A stretch of 64,000 bases of DNA from Eledone cirrhosa (taxonomy: Eukaryota), in the NCBI GenBank assembly GCA_964016885.1, contig OZ024740.1:288300001-288364000 (forward strand). The letters are read 5' to 3'. A model generated the notes under the pieces. The model was not told the DNA's origin. It was given only the letters and a program-made list of their open reading frames with translations, and ran no database searches. Each line of letters starts with the position of its first letter. Position 1 is the first letter of the stretch. This document shows, in pieces, positions 12,720-27,106 of this stretch. A program made the translations under genes and the position numbers.

Positions 12720-13350
12720 GGCGCTCACGTCACTTTACCAACTGAATAACGCATTAGATGGCCAAAAAATAACACATGCGTTCTATAGAAGGTACGAGCA
12801 GCGATGGTCCGGGATCGGCTCTGAGCGTCAATGAGGATATTTTGAACAGGCCCTTATGGAGGACTTTCAAGTCGGAGATTATGGACAATTTCCAAAAATA
12901 TCGGCATGGCAGTGTTACAGAGGGGCACTACCAGTTCAAGACTAGCTCTAAGGCATGGAAGTGCCAACAGCCAAATCTGTCAGAGCTGCACGTACGGTAA
13001 CGAAACCGTCCTGTATGTTATCATCCAGTGTTCGACCATTGCAGAATTGCGGGCAGGTGTCGAACAACTGTTATGTGTTGGACAGATACAGCTATCAATC
13101 TGGTCTATAGGGAAAATCGAACCGCCACCTTCTTTTAGAAAGAAGGTGTGGCAAGTCTTCCTCTACGTGGTAATTATGACGAAGGAAGCTGTATGATGGA
13201 CTTGCTTAAAGGAATCTCCTTATCCGGCCAAGCCCTCATCAACTTCTTCAATTTTCATTCGAAGGGGAAGGTAAGGATAGAGAGAGAGGTGCTGCCTTCT
13301 AGTGCGTTTTATGAAAGATGGGTGAGAACCGTGAGATTGACGAGGCAGGA
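12720..13350 (+). mobile_element. 3' fragment of the same L1/Tx1-like family
   Basis: CQSCTYGNETVLYVIIQC zinc motif. ALINFFNFHSKGKVRIEREVLPS parallels AMINFFRFHLKWKIGVERKMLPS at ~11900. Confidence 0.75.
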
Positions 13351-13525
13351 AGAAGGAAATGAGAGAGGGCCCTTTTAATGTCAATGAGACAACAGAATCT
13401 CAGGTTTTTGTTGACATTCGTTATTGTTGTTTACTATTGTTATGTATATTCATTACAATTTCTATTATTGTTACTCTTCAGTGATCACTTGATACAAACC
13501 CTACCCTGCTGTATTATTTTGTCTA

Positions 13526-13703
13526 TTGGCAGTATCGGTAGAGGGTCGGACGCCATGCTTTCCAGCATAGTTACGTCCCTTTACGATCTGAGTTCAAATC
13601 CCGCCGAGGTTAACTTTGCCTTTCATCCTTACGGGGTCGATAAAATAAAGTACCAGTAATGTACTGGATAATTGCTGGCCTTGTGCCTAAAGTAGAAACA
13701 ATT
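13526..13703 (+). mobile_element. tRNA-derived SINE
   Basis: Dominant family. Confidence 0.9.
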
Positions 13704-14639
13704 ATTTTGTCTTTGTATCATCTCCAATATCTTAGGCCCTTGTGGCCAATAAAAGAAGTAATAATTATTATTAGTATTATCATTATCAGCAGCAGCACTA
13801 TAGTATCACCTAATACTAGGTCTTTAGATTTGTTTATGCCAGAATCCTGTAAGTAAAAACTGTATATATGCACTTGAGAATGTTTATTTAACTGTAGCTG
13901 TGTTCATTTGGATGATTATTTCATTTTTTTAATGCAGACATTGCAAGTGCTGGGTGTCAAATGACCCAACGGAGTTGTAATCCCACACACCAACATCACA
14001 GTAGCCAACATTACTGCCGACAATGAAGCCTCTAACTAGTCCCTCGAGATGTTTGAAATAACAGCAAGATCTCCACTACCCTACTGTTTTGTAATTGAAG
14101 GGACACATGTAATAATGGTTTCTGATTTAGGTACAAAGCTAACAATTTTTTTTTTTTGGGGGGGGGGGGAGTCGATTAGATCGACTCAGTACATTACTGG
14201 TACTTTATTTTATCAAACTGTAATTCTAGATAGGCGATAGTCGTGAGAAAAACGAAGTGGTCATTAATGGAACAACATAACTCCGCTCAGTTAGACAACA
14301 AATAGCTAACACGAGGACCTGTATGTAGTCACTTGCCTTGCTAGAAATAGCAGTTAAATATCTCTCAGGTCACGTCCTTCAGTCTTATATGAGGATAGAA
14401 AATATTAAGCAATATCCTCCTTCGCACTGCAAGGATGGTGAATTGGCAGAGTCGACAGGATGTCGGATTAAAACTCTTCAATATTTGTTTTTGGTTCACT
14501 GCGCTCCGAGTTCAAATATCGCCGAAGTCAACTTTACGATTCATCCTTTCGAGTTCGATAAATAAAGTACCAATCCAATGCTGGAGTCGATTCTTCCTCT
14601 ATATTTCTTTATCTTTTTTCTCTTTCTGGAATAAATAGC

Positions 14640-14801
14640 TACCGTATTTTCTGGCTACTTTTTTCCTAAAATAACTCCCAAAAATCTACCATGCGTCCTG
14701 GAGGCCGAAGGTTGTTTATTATTTGTTTTCAAAAATTTTGGTTGTCAAAATTAGGGTGCATCCTCGAGGACGAAGCGTCTTCGGCGCCGGGAAATACGGT
14801 A
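14640..14801. mobile_element. MITE (Tc1/mariner-pogo-like)
   Basis: Termini taccgtattttctggc ... gccgggaaatacggta with flanking TA. Confidence 0.75.
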
Positions 14802-15084
14802 TGTTCCGACCTGGAGAGGAATGGACTGCACCGGGTTTTAAATGTCCAAGGCTAGTTGTGTGTCGGACCGGCACTCCCTGCGACTACATCAAGAATAAAG
14901 GGCTCGTTATCTTTACCCTTTTACACACTCCATAAAAAGGTGGAATGGTCAAGATTGGAAAGCTTTTAATCATAAACCTGCTCGTTCAGGGCTGATCTGA
15001 ACAGTTTAGGTATACTTGACCAGAACTATACCGAGTTGGAGTAGGTATATAATAGTAATAACAATAGCGTCATTAGCACCATCA

Positions 15085-15780
15085 CTATCACACCACCACC
15101 ACAACCACCACCACCACCACCACCACCACCACCACCACCACCACCACAACCACTACCACCACTATCACCACTACTGCTACTGTCACCACTACCACCACCA
15201 CCAGCACAGCCACTACCACCACTACCACCATTACCACCACCACCACCATCAGCACAACCACTACCACCACTACCACCACTACCACCACTACCACCACCAC
15301 TACCACCACTACCACCTCCACCACCACCACCTCTACCACCACCACCACCACCACCACCACCACTACTACTACAATCACCACTATTACGCCCTCAATTACC
15401 TTTGCCATCACCCCATACCATCACACCACCATTCATATCACCCCCACCACTATCATCATCCCACCCAAAGTACACCTCACACCCACATCTACCATCACTT
15501 CTAGAGCCATCTTCAGCCCCCCCCCCGTCCCCTCCATCACTACCACCACCACCACCACCATCAACAATGGTTGACCACTGCTAGTACTCACACTACCACC
15601 AAAAACATCATCAGCCAGTGACCGGTGCTAACGCGCGCATAATCCCCCATCCCACCCAACCACCCACCACTATCAAGACAACCGCAACCAATTCCTTTCA
15701 CTACCACCAGCACCAGCACCTCCAGCAGCAGCAGCAGCAGCACCACCACCACCACCACCACCACCACCACCACCATCCGC
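15085..15780. repeat. (CAC/CTA)n low-complexity trinucleotide array
   Basis: Direct reading. Confidence 0.95.
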
Positions 15781-16077
15781 AAATACCTGCAACACCCCCA
15801 ACACCTACCAACAACACCCGCAACACCTCCTCCAGTCCAGTTCGGTCGATCACATTTACCGCCCTTTGCCACTTGTCTGCTAGCTTCCGTCAGGTGGTGT
15901 ATGTACCCGATAGAGTTAGCGGAGCGCTGAAGCTGCTAGAGATTGCATTCCGGGTGCCTCACAGCACCGTTTTATTATACGCCTCACCATAGGATCAGGT
16001 AATTTCTGAAAAATATTGCTTCAAACATTAGGATGGACACAAATGAGGTAAGATCATCCCTTTATTGATTTGACATT

Positions 16078-16845
<768 letters not shown>

Positions 16846-17106
16846 AAGAATCAGTCATGCATATGCATAACTATAGGTACTCACGAGTGTGTGTGGGAGA
16901 GAGAGAGGTCTACATTAGGTATGTGTCTTCAAGAAATAGCAGCCAAATCTTCCAAATATGTCTTTTGGACTGGATCCGGAGCTGCACAATAACTCTGCAT
17001 GCACATAGCTATGCATATACATTCCAAAACATACAACTGATTCTACATACACCTATTTAGAGATTCCTGTACATTCACATATCCATTCATACACAATCGA
17101 TATATA

Positions 17107-17145
<39 letters not shown>

Positions 17146-17692
17146 TGGTGGCTGCCAACTCGTTTTCTAGTACGGCCACTACTTTATATCCATGTAGGAG
17201 AACTCCTACTGATGCGCTGAACGAGTGTGACTTTTTAGTCCAGCCAGCGACTTGATATACAGAACTAGATGCACACAAGTCCGGCCACACGCCCACACAT
17301 ACTGACGCGCACATACACACACGCCGCCACATATACACCAATAGCTGAACGTATTCTTTCACCAATTCATTGAAAGAAATAATCAAGTGGTGCTGGTGAT
17401 GAATGACCCTCACTTCAACGAAGGTTACATCAACCTGTGTGTGAGGAATTATTTCTATTTGATAGAACCTTTGATACAGATTTGTGACCTGCAGATGGTA
17501 TCAGCATTGGAAAGACTAATGAAAACATATCATTGGATTGATCTACCGATCGGCTTCTTTCTTTTTATACAGGAACTATTTTGCAGTAAGGCTTCGGGTT
17601 AGATGAGAATTGTCACAAATGTACACTTCTCAGGCAGTTGATGATTTTGTTGATGTAGTTGTTGTTGTTGATGTTAATGTTGTTACCTCATA

Positions 17693-17915
17693 AGGGCGGT
17701 GGATTGGCAGTTTCGGTAGAGGGTCGGTCGCCATGCCATGCTTTGCAGCATAAAGTTACGTCCCTTTATGATCTGAGTTCAAATCCTGCCAAGGTTAACT
17801 TTGCCTTTCATCCTTACGGGGTCGATAAAATAAAGTACCAGTCACGCACTGGGGGGTCGATTTAATCGACTTTCCCCTCCTCCAAAATTGCTGGCCTTGT
17901 GCCTATATAAGAAAT
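17693..17915 (+). mobile_element. Full-length tRNA-derived SINE with TSD
   Basis: TSD aatgttgttacctca on both sides. Confidence 0.9.
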
Positions 17916-18233
17916 CAATGTTGTTACCTCAGATCATCTCTCAATGAGCAGACACAAGAACAAATACGTTCCTGCAATAACCAACCCTGTGTTTTCGAGG
18001 TTTCTAGGACATTATCCAACGCGTCCTTTCTGTTACTACAACGGTAGTATGTGATTTGAGGCAGATTTGACTGTTATTTTCAATAGGCCGAGCAACCACA
18101 TAGAGGCTTCCTCTTTGTACACTTTACACTGAGCTTAGTATTCAGTTATGACCTACACAGTTAAGTTATCGTAGTGTCATGTCCTCTATACTGTGTTAAC
18201 CTTCTGAGAGTGATAGAACTGTCGCAGTGTCAG

Positions 18234-18342
<109 letters not shown>

Positions 18343-18811
18343 ACATACACATACATACACGCGCGCAAGAAGAGAGTATATCCCCAAATGAAATTATTTA
18401 AATAGCATTTTTAACAAGAAACGTTGTTTTTACTTTATCTTTCATTTTTCTTTTCCGCCTTGAAGACTTGTCAAAATTTACATGTGACCTTTGAACCTTT
18501 GACAGACAACCATTTCTTATTTCCTGAAACATTCATATATCCTTTAAGATCAATTTTGGAATGTTGGTCTACTTTGGTAACATCATTCTCCACAAACCAA
18601 CGAAAGAGCCTCAATACGGTCGCTCAACCTGCTAAAAAATAAAAGCCAAATCTCCCTGAAATTGTGGGCCAAGCGAGTGGGCTACAGTTTATATTTTTTC
18701 AAAGAATCTTAAACTTTCTAATAGTCCAGTTGCTACAGCTGAAAATGGATACCAATGTTTAGGAACAATTTGCCACACTAAACTATGCCAGCAGTGACAC
18801 GCTAGCTTCAA

Positions 18812-19017
18812 TTTCAACTTATCTTTATATAGCAAGTTTTACTCAAGCTGGGCTGGCTTGTGTCACATTTTGTGTTTCTCGTGAAGTCTTTCAGCAGAAG
18901 ACTAACACGATGCATTTCAACTTATCTTTATATAGCAAGTTTTACTCAAGCTGAGCTGGCTTGTGTCACATTTTGTGTTTCTAGTGAAGTCTTTCAGCAG
19001 AAGACTAACACGATGCA
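18812..19017. repeat. Tandem duplication of about 103 bp
   Basis: ttcaacttatctttatatagc...gactaacacgatgca occurs twice in a row. Confidence 0.9.
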
Positions 19018-19391
19018 ATTCATTCTTTGGGTGTGTGTGTGAGTGTGTGTGTGTGTGTGGGGGGGGGGGGTAAACTTTCTTCCTCTTCTAATGTTTTCTC
19101 GTAAGAATTTTACATTTTACTTTAGTGATGTCCTTCGTTATGGTTTCAACAATATTTGATGTTTTCCACTAAGATCAAGGCTATTTATAAAAATACATAG
19201 TCCACTGGATTAAGCTCAGACGAGTTAGATTGCACGCCTCAATAACAAGATATTATAGGGTGTCAATTTTGACATGATTCACTTCAACACGAGAACATCT
19301 TTCACTTCAACATTAAGTCTATATTAAGACAAAAATATACTTTCACTTTAACTTTAGGACAACACTTTCACTTCAATATTAGGACATCTTC

Positions 19392-19541
19392 CATGCTTTG
19401 AAGCATAGAGTTACGTCCCTTTATGATCTGAGTTCAAATCCCGCCGATTTTAACTTTGCCTTTCATCCTTACGGGGTCGATAAAATAAAGTACCAGTAAT
19501 GTACTGGGTATTTGCTGGCCTTGTGCTAATAATAGAAACAA
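19392..19541 (+). mobile_element. 5'-truncated SINE with TSD
   Basis: TSD aatattaggacatcttcca at 19375 and 19541. Confidence 0.9.
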
Positions 19542-19950
19542 ATATTAGGACATCTTCCACTTCTACATTAGGATAATATTATGACAACTTTCATTTCAAC
19601 ATTATAACTATATTAGGACAGAGAGGTGCGTGGCCTAATGGTTAGGGTGTTGGACTCACGATCATAAGGACAGGGATTTGATTCCTGGGCAGACAGCAGC
19701 TTGTGATATTGAGCAAGATGCTTTATTTTACGCTGATTTTCAAGATAGGACTAGGACCCCTATTATTAAAACACCCCAGAAACCTCCTATGAGATGCAAC
19801 CTCATACAAGGTCATCTAAATCCACATATATGTGAGCTGCAAACTTTATTTTATTTTCTGGAAACCACCAATACATTAGGACAACTTTTACTTCTATATT
19901 GGGACAACGTTTTGTATTTATTCACGCACGCACACATACACACACACGTG

Positions 19951-20010
<60 letters not shown>

Positions 20011-20026
20011 AACACACGCACGCACG

Positions 20027-20142
<116 letters not shown>

Positions 20143-20550
20143 GAGACACACGCATAGATATGCTGTATCCTCTGAGGACGATTCACTTCCAAGCACAGCC
20201 TAGCGTTCCTTTGTTTTTGTTTGCTTGTTTGTAATTTTAACGTTTATATTTAGCAGTCCCGGGAGCAGTGAAGCGCACCATTTTGATTCATTAGTGTAGC
20301 ACAACTATTATATAAAAAATAGAGTGAGAAATGTTAGCAACATAGCTAGCTATACACTGATATAACAAGTCGATAGACTAAATATACTCTACTTCCAGTT
20401 AACACGCTCCATAACACATGAATAGGTTACCCGTTTTCGGCCACATTAATAATTCAAATATATTCACACAGAAATTATATGAAAACAGCTCCCACCCTCT
20501 TTCTCACTCACTATCTTTCTACATATCACTTTATTCCCCCACTCTTAACT

Positions 20551-20645
<95 letters not shown>

Positions 20646-20811
20646 TCCCTCTCTCTCTCTCTCACATATATATATATATGCGTATGTGTTTATCTCTGCA
20701 TTTTCCTTCTCGTTCATATCCACCCTCTTTCTCCCAGCATGCATTTCAATCTTTGTCCTTTCTCCGAATCTGATCATATATACATATAACACACACACAC
20801 ACACACATGTT

Positions 20812-20852
<41 letters not shown>

Positions 20853-20962
20853 TTATCCCGGGTTCAATCGGGCGTAACCACAGTAAGTAAGGTACTCAAT
20901 ACATAGCAGAGTATATAACTATATAATATTGCTGATTTCTCCCGAATAAAACTGTAGAAGCC

Positions 20963-21014
<52 letters not shown>

Positions 21015-21022
<8 letters not shown>

Positions 21023-21225
21023 AGAAAGTGAGGTTTTTTTACAAAATGAAAAATAACCGAGGTGTCCTACACGAGTGAAAGTATAAAGAAAAAAAGATGA
21101 AATCGAAAATGCAACTGGAGTCTTATTTAAAAAAATATATATATATTTATTTGGTTCCTTTACCGGTTTCGCAGTTCTTCTGCTTTTCAAAAGTAGAGTT
21201 GAGATGGAGGGTCTGTGGTTTTTGT
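21015..21225 (-). mobile_element. PLE-end-like element in (TA)n with a U3-A8 hammerhead variant (21158-21193)
   Basis: Minus strand ctt-TTGAAAA-gcag aagaa ctgc-GAAA-ccgg-TA-aag. Same family at 44263-44467 (+) and 63880-64000 (-). Confidence 0.7.
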
Positions 21226-21720
21226 CACATCTATATATATATATATAACTGCATATATACGTGTACGTGTGTGTACAGCGCTCTTGCGCGGATGCTGCGC
21301 TAGCTGTGATATGATCACAGCTTAAAATACTCAAAACGAAACTATATTGTTATTATACATAAACATTGTATATGGGTCCACATATGCCTTTATATATATT
21401 TATGTGTGTGTATGTACACTGTCATTGTCGTCCGAGAGATATGACTGTGTGTATAATACAGTGAAAAAGAAGTAGGTGGTGAAGTAGAGAGAGACATAGA
21501 AAAAGAAGAAACGGAAAGTGGAAAAGACAGAGAGGGGGGGGGGGGGGGGTAGTGAGTAAAATAACGCAGTGTGGTAACGCGAGAAAATAACGTTTTCTAA
21601 ACCTCAAATGTTTGTTTCCTTTCTCTCCTAATCCCACTCTAATAGTACATTCATTCACTCTGCATATTCGTTCTGTATATTCCTCTTTCTCTTAGTTTTT
21701 CCCTCTCGTATCTTATTACG

Positions 21721-21795
<75 letters not shown>

Positions 21796-21830
21796 TCTCT
21801 CTCTCTCTGTATATATATATATATATATAT

Positions 21831-22276
21831 ATAGTAATAATAATAAATTTGAAGACTAAAATCCAAAGAGGGCTCGATAAGGATAAATATATATCAAATA
21901 TATAAGAACCGTAGAGCAAATATTTATTAAAATAACAGATTAAAGTTTAAGCAAAGAATCGCTGCTTTCACCCTTAACGGGATCTTCTGAAACTAACAAA
22001 GTCAATCTGTGAACGCAGAAGTGAATATTTCAAAAAACGAAGAAGACAGGAAGAAAACCGGAAGAAGACAGGAAGACGATACTTTGGTTCGTGGAAACGT
22101 TCCCTGGCAAAGAACGGGGAAAAACGAACCAAAGTATCGTCTTCCTTTCTTCCTCCTGTTGCAACGTTTTTTGAAAGATTCACTTCTGCGTTCACAGATT
22201 GACTTTGTTAGTTTCAGAAGATCCCGTTAAGGGTGAAAGCAGCGATTCTTTGCTTAAACTTTAATCTGTTATTTTA

Positions 22277-22282
<6 letters not shown>
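21831..22282. mobile_element. Fold-back element with U4A hammerhead variants in both arms
   Basis: Arms ~21922-22090 and ~22124-22282. agttt-CAGAAGA-tccc gttaa gggt-GAAA-gca..tgc-TT-aaact at 22210-22260, mirror at 21944-21994. Confidence 0.8.
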
Positions 22283-22344
<62 letters not shown>

Positions 22345-22396
22345 ATCTTTCCTTTCTCACTCCTGCTCACCTTCTCTCTTTTTCTGTCTCTCATCT

Positions 22397-22436
<40 letters not shown>

Positions 22437-22442
22437 TCTCTA

Positions 22443-22546
<104 letters not shown>

Positions 22547-22748
22547 CTGCACATAATGGAGAAAGAGTTAATTACAAGATAAAATGGCCAGATTTGTTTT
22601 TATATGAACATGAAAATTGAATTTTAATTAATTGCTGCTTCATGCATCAAAATAATTGTCACATGCTCTGTGAGATGGTTAATCATACAAATTCGCGGGT
22701 GTTCAGTTTCTATTTTTTAATAAAGCGCGGACACATATACAGACAACT

Positions 22749-22842
<94 letters not shown>

Positions 22843-22881
22843 TGTATGGTGTGTATGTGTGTATGTGTGTATAAGTGTGTA

Positions 22882-22950
<69 letters not shown>

Positions 22951-23088
22951 ATATAGTAATAAGAATATTTATATTTATCTATGTTTGATACAGCTATAAA
23001 TATGGACGGTAGTACTAAGTACTAGCCGGTTACCGGTATGACAAAAGGCTCAATGCAAAATTTCAAGTGTTTTACAGACCCGAGATAC

Positions 23089-23343
23089 AAAGTGTTAAAA
23101 CGAACCAAATTTTAGTTTAGAACATTTATTTGCTGATAATTGTTTCTTCCAGAGGGAAGTCTAGGATCATCGGAGCATAGGGAATGTCGAAACATGTTAC
23201 TAAAATCCTAGTCATTTAGAACATGACTAGGATTTTAGTAATATGTTTCGACATTCCCTATGCTCCGATGATTCCAGACTTCCCTCTGGAAGAAACAATT
23301 GTCAGCAAATAAATGTTGTAAACTAAAATTTGATCGTTTTAAC

Positions 23344-23348
<5 letters not shown>
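23089..23348. mobile_element. Fold-back element with hammerheads in both arms
   Basis: Arms 23089-23215 and 23223-23348, 7-nt loop, several mismatches, ending in (TA)n. Confidence 0.85.
23261..23307 (+). ncRNA. Type I hammerhead ribozyme, U4C core variant
   Basis: tgct-CCGATGA-ttccaga cttccc tctggaa-GAAA-caattg-TC-agca followed by AATAAA. Confidence 0.8.
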
Positions 23349-23391
<43 letters not shown>

Positions 23392-23407
23392 GTTAAAACG
23401 ATCAAAG

Positions 23408-23473
<66 letters not shown>

Positions 23474-23479
<6 letters not shown>

Positions 23480-23668
23480 CTTTCACCGTATTTTTAACTA
23501 AAGGAATTTTAGCTTGATAACGGGGTTTAGAACCCTCAGATAAATGGAAAAAGATGAGTATTGACGTACATGTACGTCAATACTCATCTTTTTCCATTTA
23601 TCTGAGGGTTCTAAACCCCGTTATCAAGCTAAAATTCCTTTAGTTAAAAATACGGTGAAAGCTATATA
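23474..23668. repeat. Perfect spacer-less palindrome (~95-bp arms) next to (TA)n
   Basis: Centre ...ttgacgtaca|tgtacgtcaa... at 23570/23571. Related to the element at 35445-35630. Confidence 0.9.
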
Positions 23669-23712
23669 TTTTCTAATTTCAAACTCGCTCACTGTTTCAA
23701 AACATACTTACT

Positions 23713-23750
<38 letters not shown>

Positions 23751-24280
23751 AGAGTGAGGACCCCGATGGCTGAGCTCCAGCCGTTTCGACAGCTATATAT
23801 ATATATATACATAGTAATTACAGAAGCCCTATTTTTAAATCAACTTTGTTTACTACAACTGTGACTCTCTCTCTCAGTTCTTTTATTGCCCTACCCAACA
23901 CTTCTGTTCAACCCTTTGTTCCCTCCTTTTGCGATCCAATCAATTCAGACGTTCACGTCATCTTAACCACACTAATGTGTGCTGCTTTCGATTATAACTT
24001 TTTCCCGTCCTTTATCGGTATGTCGATATTTCTTTGTTGTTTTTATATTTTTGTTTTTCTTCGTCCGACGTCCGTTGTGCTTTCTTCCCGAGAAGTGAAT
24101 AGTCCTGTCTTTAAAACATTCGGAACTATGATAATCCACAGAAGACAGCCGATGAGCGAGAATCATCCTTATATTTGTGTCTTCCGTGTTTTCTGTTCCC
24201 CTTTTCCCCCACGTGTTTCTTTATATTTCCTAGTAACCACACAGCCCTATTTTTAAATCAACTTTATAATATATATATAT

Positions 24281-24392
24281 AAACGATGAGTTGTAATAAA
24301 ATGAAAACGAAAATTCATTTCTCACTCGAACAAAGCGGGTGCTATAATAAGCGTCCGCTAAACTGATACGTACATATATGTATGTGTACCTG

Positions 24393-24482
<90 letters not shown>

Positions 24483-24530
24483 TGCTACTGTACGTCTGTA
24501 TACATATATGTATGTACGTATACATACATA

Positions 24531-24582
<52 letters not shown>

Positions 24583-25016
24583 TGCTACTGTACGTCTGTA
24601 TACATATATGTATGTACGTATACATACATACTTACATTTAAGTAAGTGCCGTACTAAGAGTGAGAAATGAAATTTCGTTTTCATTTTATTACAACTCATC
24701 GTTTTCGGTGCGCCTGACCGATTTAACTCACTCGATATGCAAATTAGGCTGCTCAGCCATTAATTTTCATAAGGAAAGTATATACTTTCGAACGTTCAAC
24801 CATCTGTCAGAAGGGTATACGGTGCTGATGATAGCTAACAAGCTTGAAACTAGTACATCGTTCCTGTGTCAGTGTTGAACAAAAAGGTGACGTGGTTGCC
24901 TTAACACCGTATGGCATAAATTCAGGCTGTTCAGTTTGTTTACAAACGAACAAAGCGGGCGCTATAATAAGCGTCCGCTAAACTGATACGTACATGTATG
25001 TATGTGTACCTGTATG

Positions 25017-25094
<78 letters not shown>

Positions 25095-25142
25095 TGCTAC
25101 TGTACGTCTGTATACATATATGTATGTACGTATACATACATA

Positions 25143-25145
<3 letters not shown>
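24281..25145 (+). mobile_element. Second copy of the retrozyme-like unit (partial tandem, with a 5' inverted piece)
   Basis: cgaacaaagcggg at 24327 and 24947. 24281-24327 is the reverse complement of ~24658-24704. (TA)n on both sides. Confidence 0.75.
24820..24860 (+). ncRNA. Type I minimal hammerhead ribozyme, canonical core
   Basis: cggtg-CTGATGA-tagct aaca agctt-GAAA-ctag-TA-catcg. Confidence 0.9.
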
Positions 25146-25199
<54 letters not shown>

Positions 25200-25201
<2 letters not shown>

Positions 25202-25415
25202 TTCATCGTAGTTCCTAAGTAGTTACTGTACGGAGAGTTAGTAAAGGCCAAACGGCCAAGGCATACACCAAAACTCAGGTATAAAGACAACATCAAAAGA
25301 GTTTTGATAATGTTAAAAATCAGAGAAGATAACATTGCCTTAGATCAACCATCTTGGAGGAAAACAGTGTTTAATGGAAAATGGGAATTCGAAAAATCTC
25401 GTGTGGAGCATGAAA
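25200..25415 (+). mobile_element. RTE-like LINE 3' fragment
   Basis: Translates as LLYGELVKAKRPRHTPKLRYKDNIKR. Confidence 0.65.
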
Positions 25416-25594
25416 AATTAAATAATTGTTTGGATATTTCATATTTTGGAAATCATAGTTCACTGGAGTAAGAAGTTATAGTTGGCCGGAACATATCCGA
25501 GTGTAGGTGGTGTATATGAAATGTCTTTGCAGTGAGGGAGATAATAGAATTTGAACTTTTTCAGCCGATTCCAGTAATCAAGAACTGTCATGCC

Positions 25595-25925
25595 ATTAAC
25601 TTTGCTTTTCATCCTTACGGGGTCGATAAAATAAAGTACCAGTAATGCACTGGGGTAATTGCTGGCCTTGTGCCAAAAGTAGAAACAATTATTATTATCA
25701 TTGTTATTGAGTGTGGTAAATTGGCAGTATCGGTAGAGTGTCGGACAACATGCTTCGTGGCATATAGTTATGTCCCTTTACATTCTGATTTCGAATCCCA
25801 CCTAGGTTAGCTTTGCCTTTCATCCTCATGAAGTCGATAAAATAAATCATCAGTAACGCATTGGGGTCGATTTAATCGACTTTTCCCTCCCCAAAAGTGT
25901 GGGCCTTGTGTTTAAATCAGAAAAC
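25595..25925 (+). mobile_element. Two SINE copies
   Basis: Dominant family. Confidence 0.85.
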
Positions 25926-26189
25926 ATCATTACTGCTGTTGTTTTGGGTTCTTCAGTTTTGACCATACTTTGTTTCGTACGGGGAGATCACAGCAAGCAA
26001 CAATATTTAAAGTGGGATCGCGAAAAGTTTGGAAGAGAAAGGATAATGGTATGCTCTTCCTTGATAGAAAGGTTCTAAGAATCAAGAAACACATCCCGCT
26101 GGCATGTCAACATGTTGTTTATAATAGCACTCCATCTTAGGTTGCTATTCACTTAGGTTGTTATTTGATGCCATATATTATATATATAC

Positions 26190-26220
<31 letters not shown>

Positions 26221-26229
26221 GGGGAGTGT

Positions 26230-26268
<39 letters not shown>

Positions 26269-26773
26269 TGCTAGACTATGTGTTTAAAATACTGTATTTA
26301 AAGCATTCAAACATTAACTGAATGTTTTGATGTGCTTAGTAGTGGTGGTGGGAGTAATGATAGTTTTGGGTAGCTGACTTAATCCGTTGTCCGGTTTTGC
26401 ACCACTACCATCGCCACCACCACCTTCAGCGGCGTTCACGCTGTTGCAAACATTCGGGTCAGGTCACCGATCTAAACATAATTTTCTTCCTTCGTCCCAC
26501 AAGTTACGGAGTTCCTGAGAAAGGTCATGGTTGCTGTCCTTCCTCTTTTGAAAAAAAAAAAATCATAAATAAATAAATAAAAAATACAGTTTTATCGGAG
26601 AAGTACTAGTAGTGATGATGACGATGATGGTGGTGGTGGTGGTGGTGGTGATGGTTGTCGTCATTATTGTGGTAATGGCGGTTACTGTAATAATAGTTGT
26701 AGTAGTAACGTGGCGTTTGGAGGCCAATGATCAGTGTTCTAAAACGAAACACTAACCTCCACTTTATCTAGTT

Positions 26774-27106
26774 CAGAGGTTCTCAAACTTTTTGGGCCAC
26801 CGCCTATCTCATGGCCACATAATACCCTCAGCCGTCCCCCTCCAACCCTATTTCCAGAGAGACCTGCCTACACCCAAAATAAAATCGTTGATTTATATAT
26901 AATGAATAATATAATATAAACTATGTATAAATAAATATATATTTTTTTATTTTACTATATTTATATATAATATGTAACATTTGATATTTAATATACTATT
27001 ATATCATCTCTACCAGCCCGCCCCCAGTGCCCCCCTTAGGCCCCAGTACTCCTTGGACCTCCTCATTACAACCAGGGGGTGGTAGGGCCCATTTTGAGAA
27101 CCTCTG
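26774..27106. mobile_element. hAT-type MITE
   Basis: TIR cagaggttctcaaa / tttgagaacctctg with a perfect 8-bp TSD atctagtt. Confidence 0.92.
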
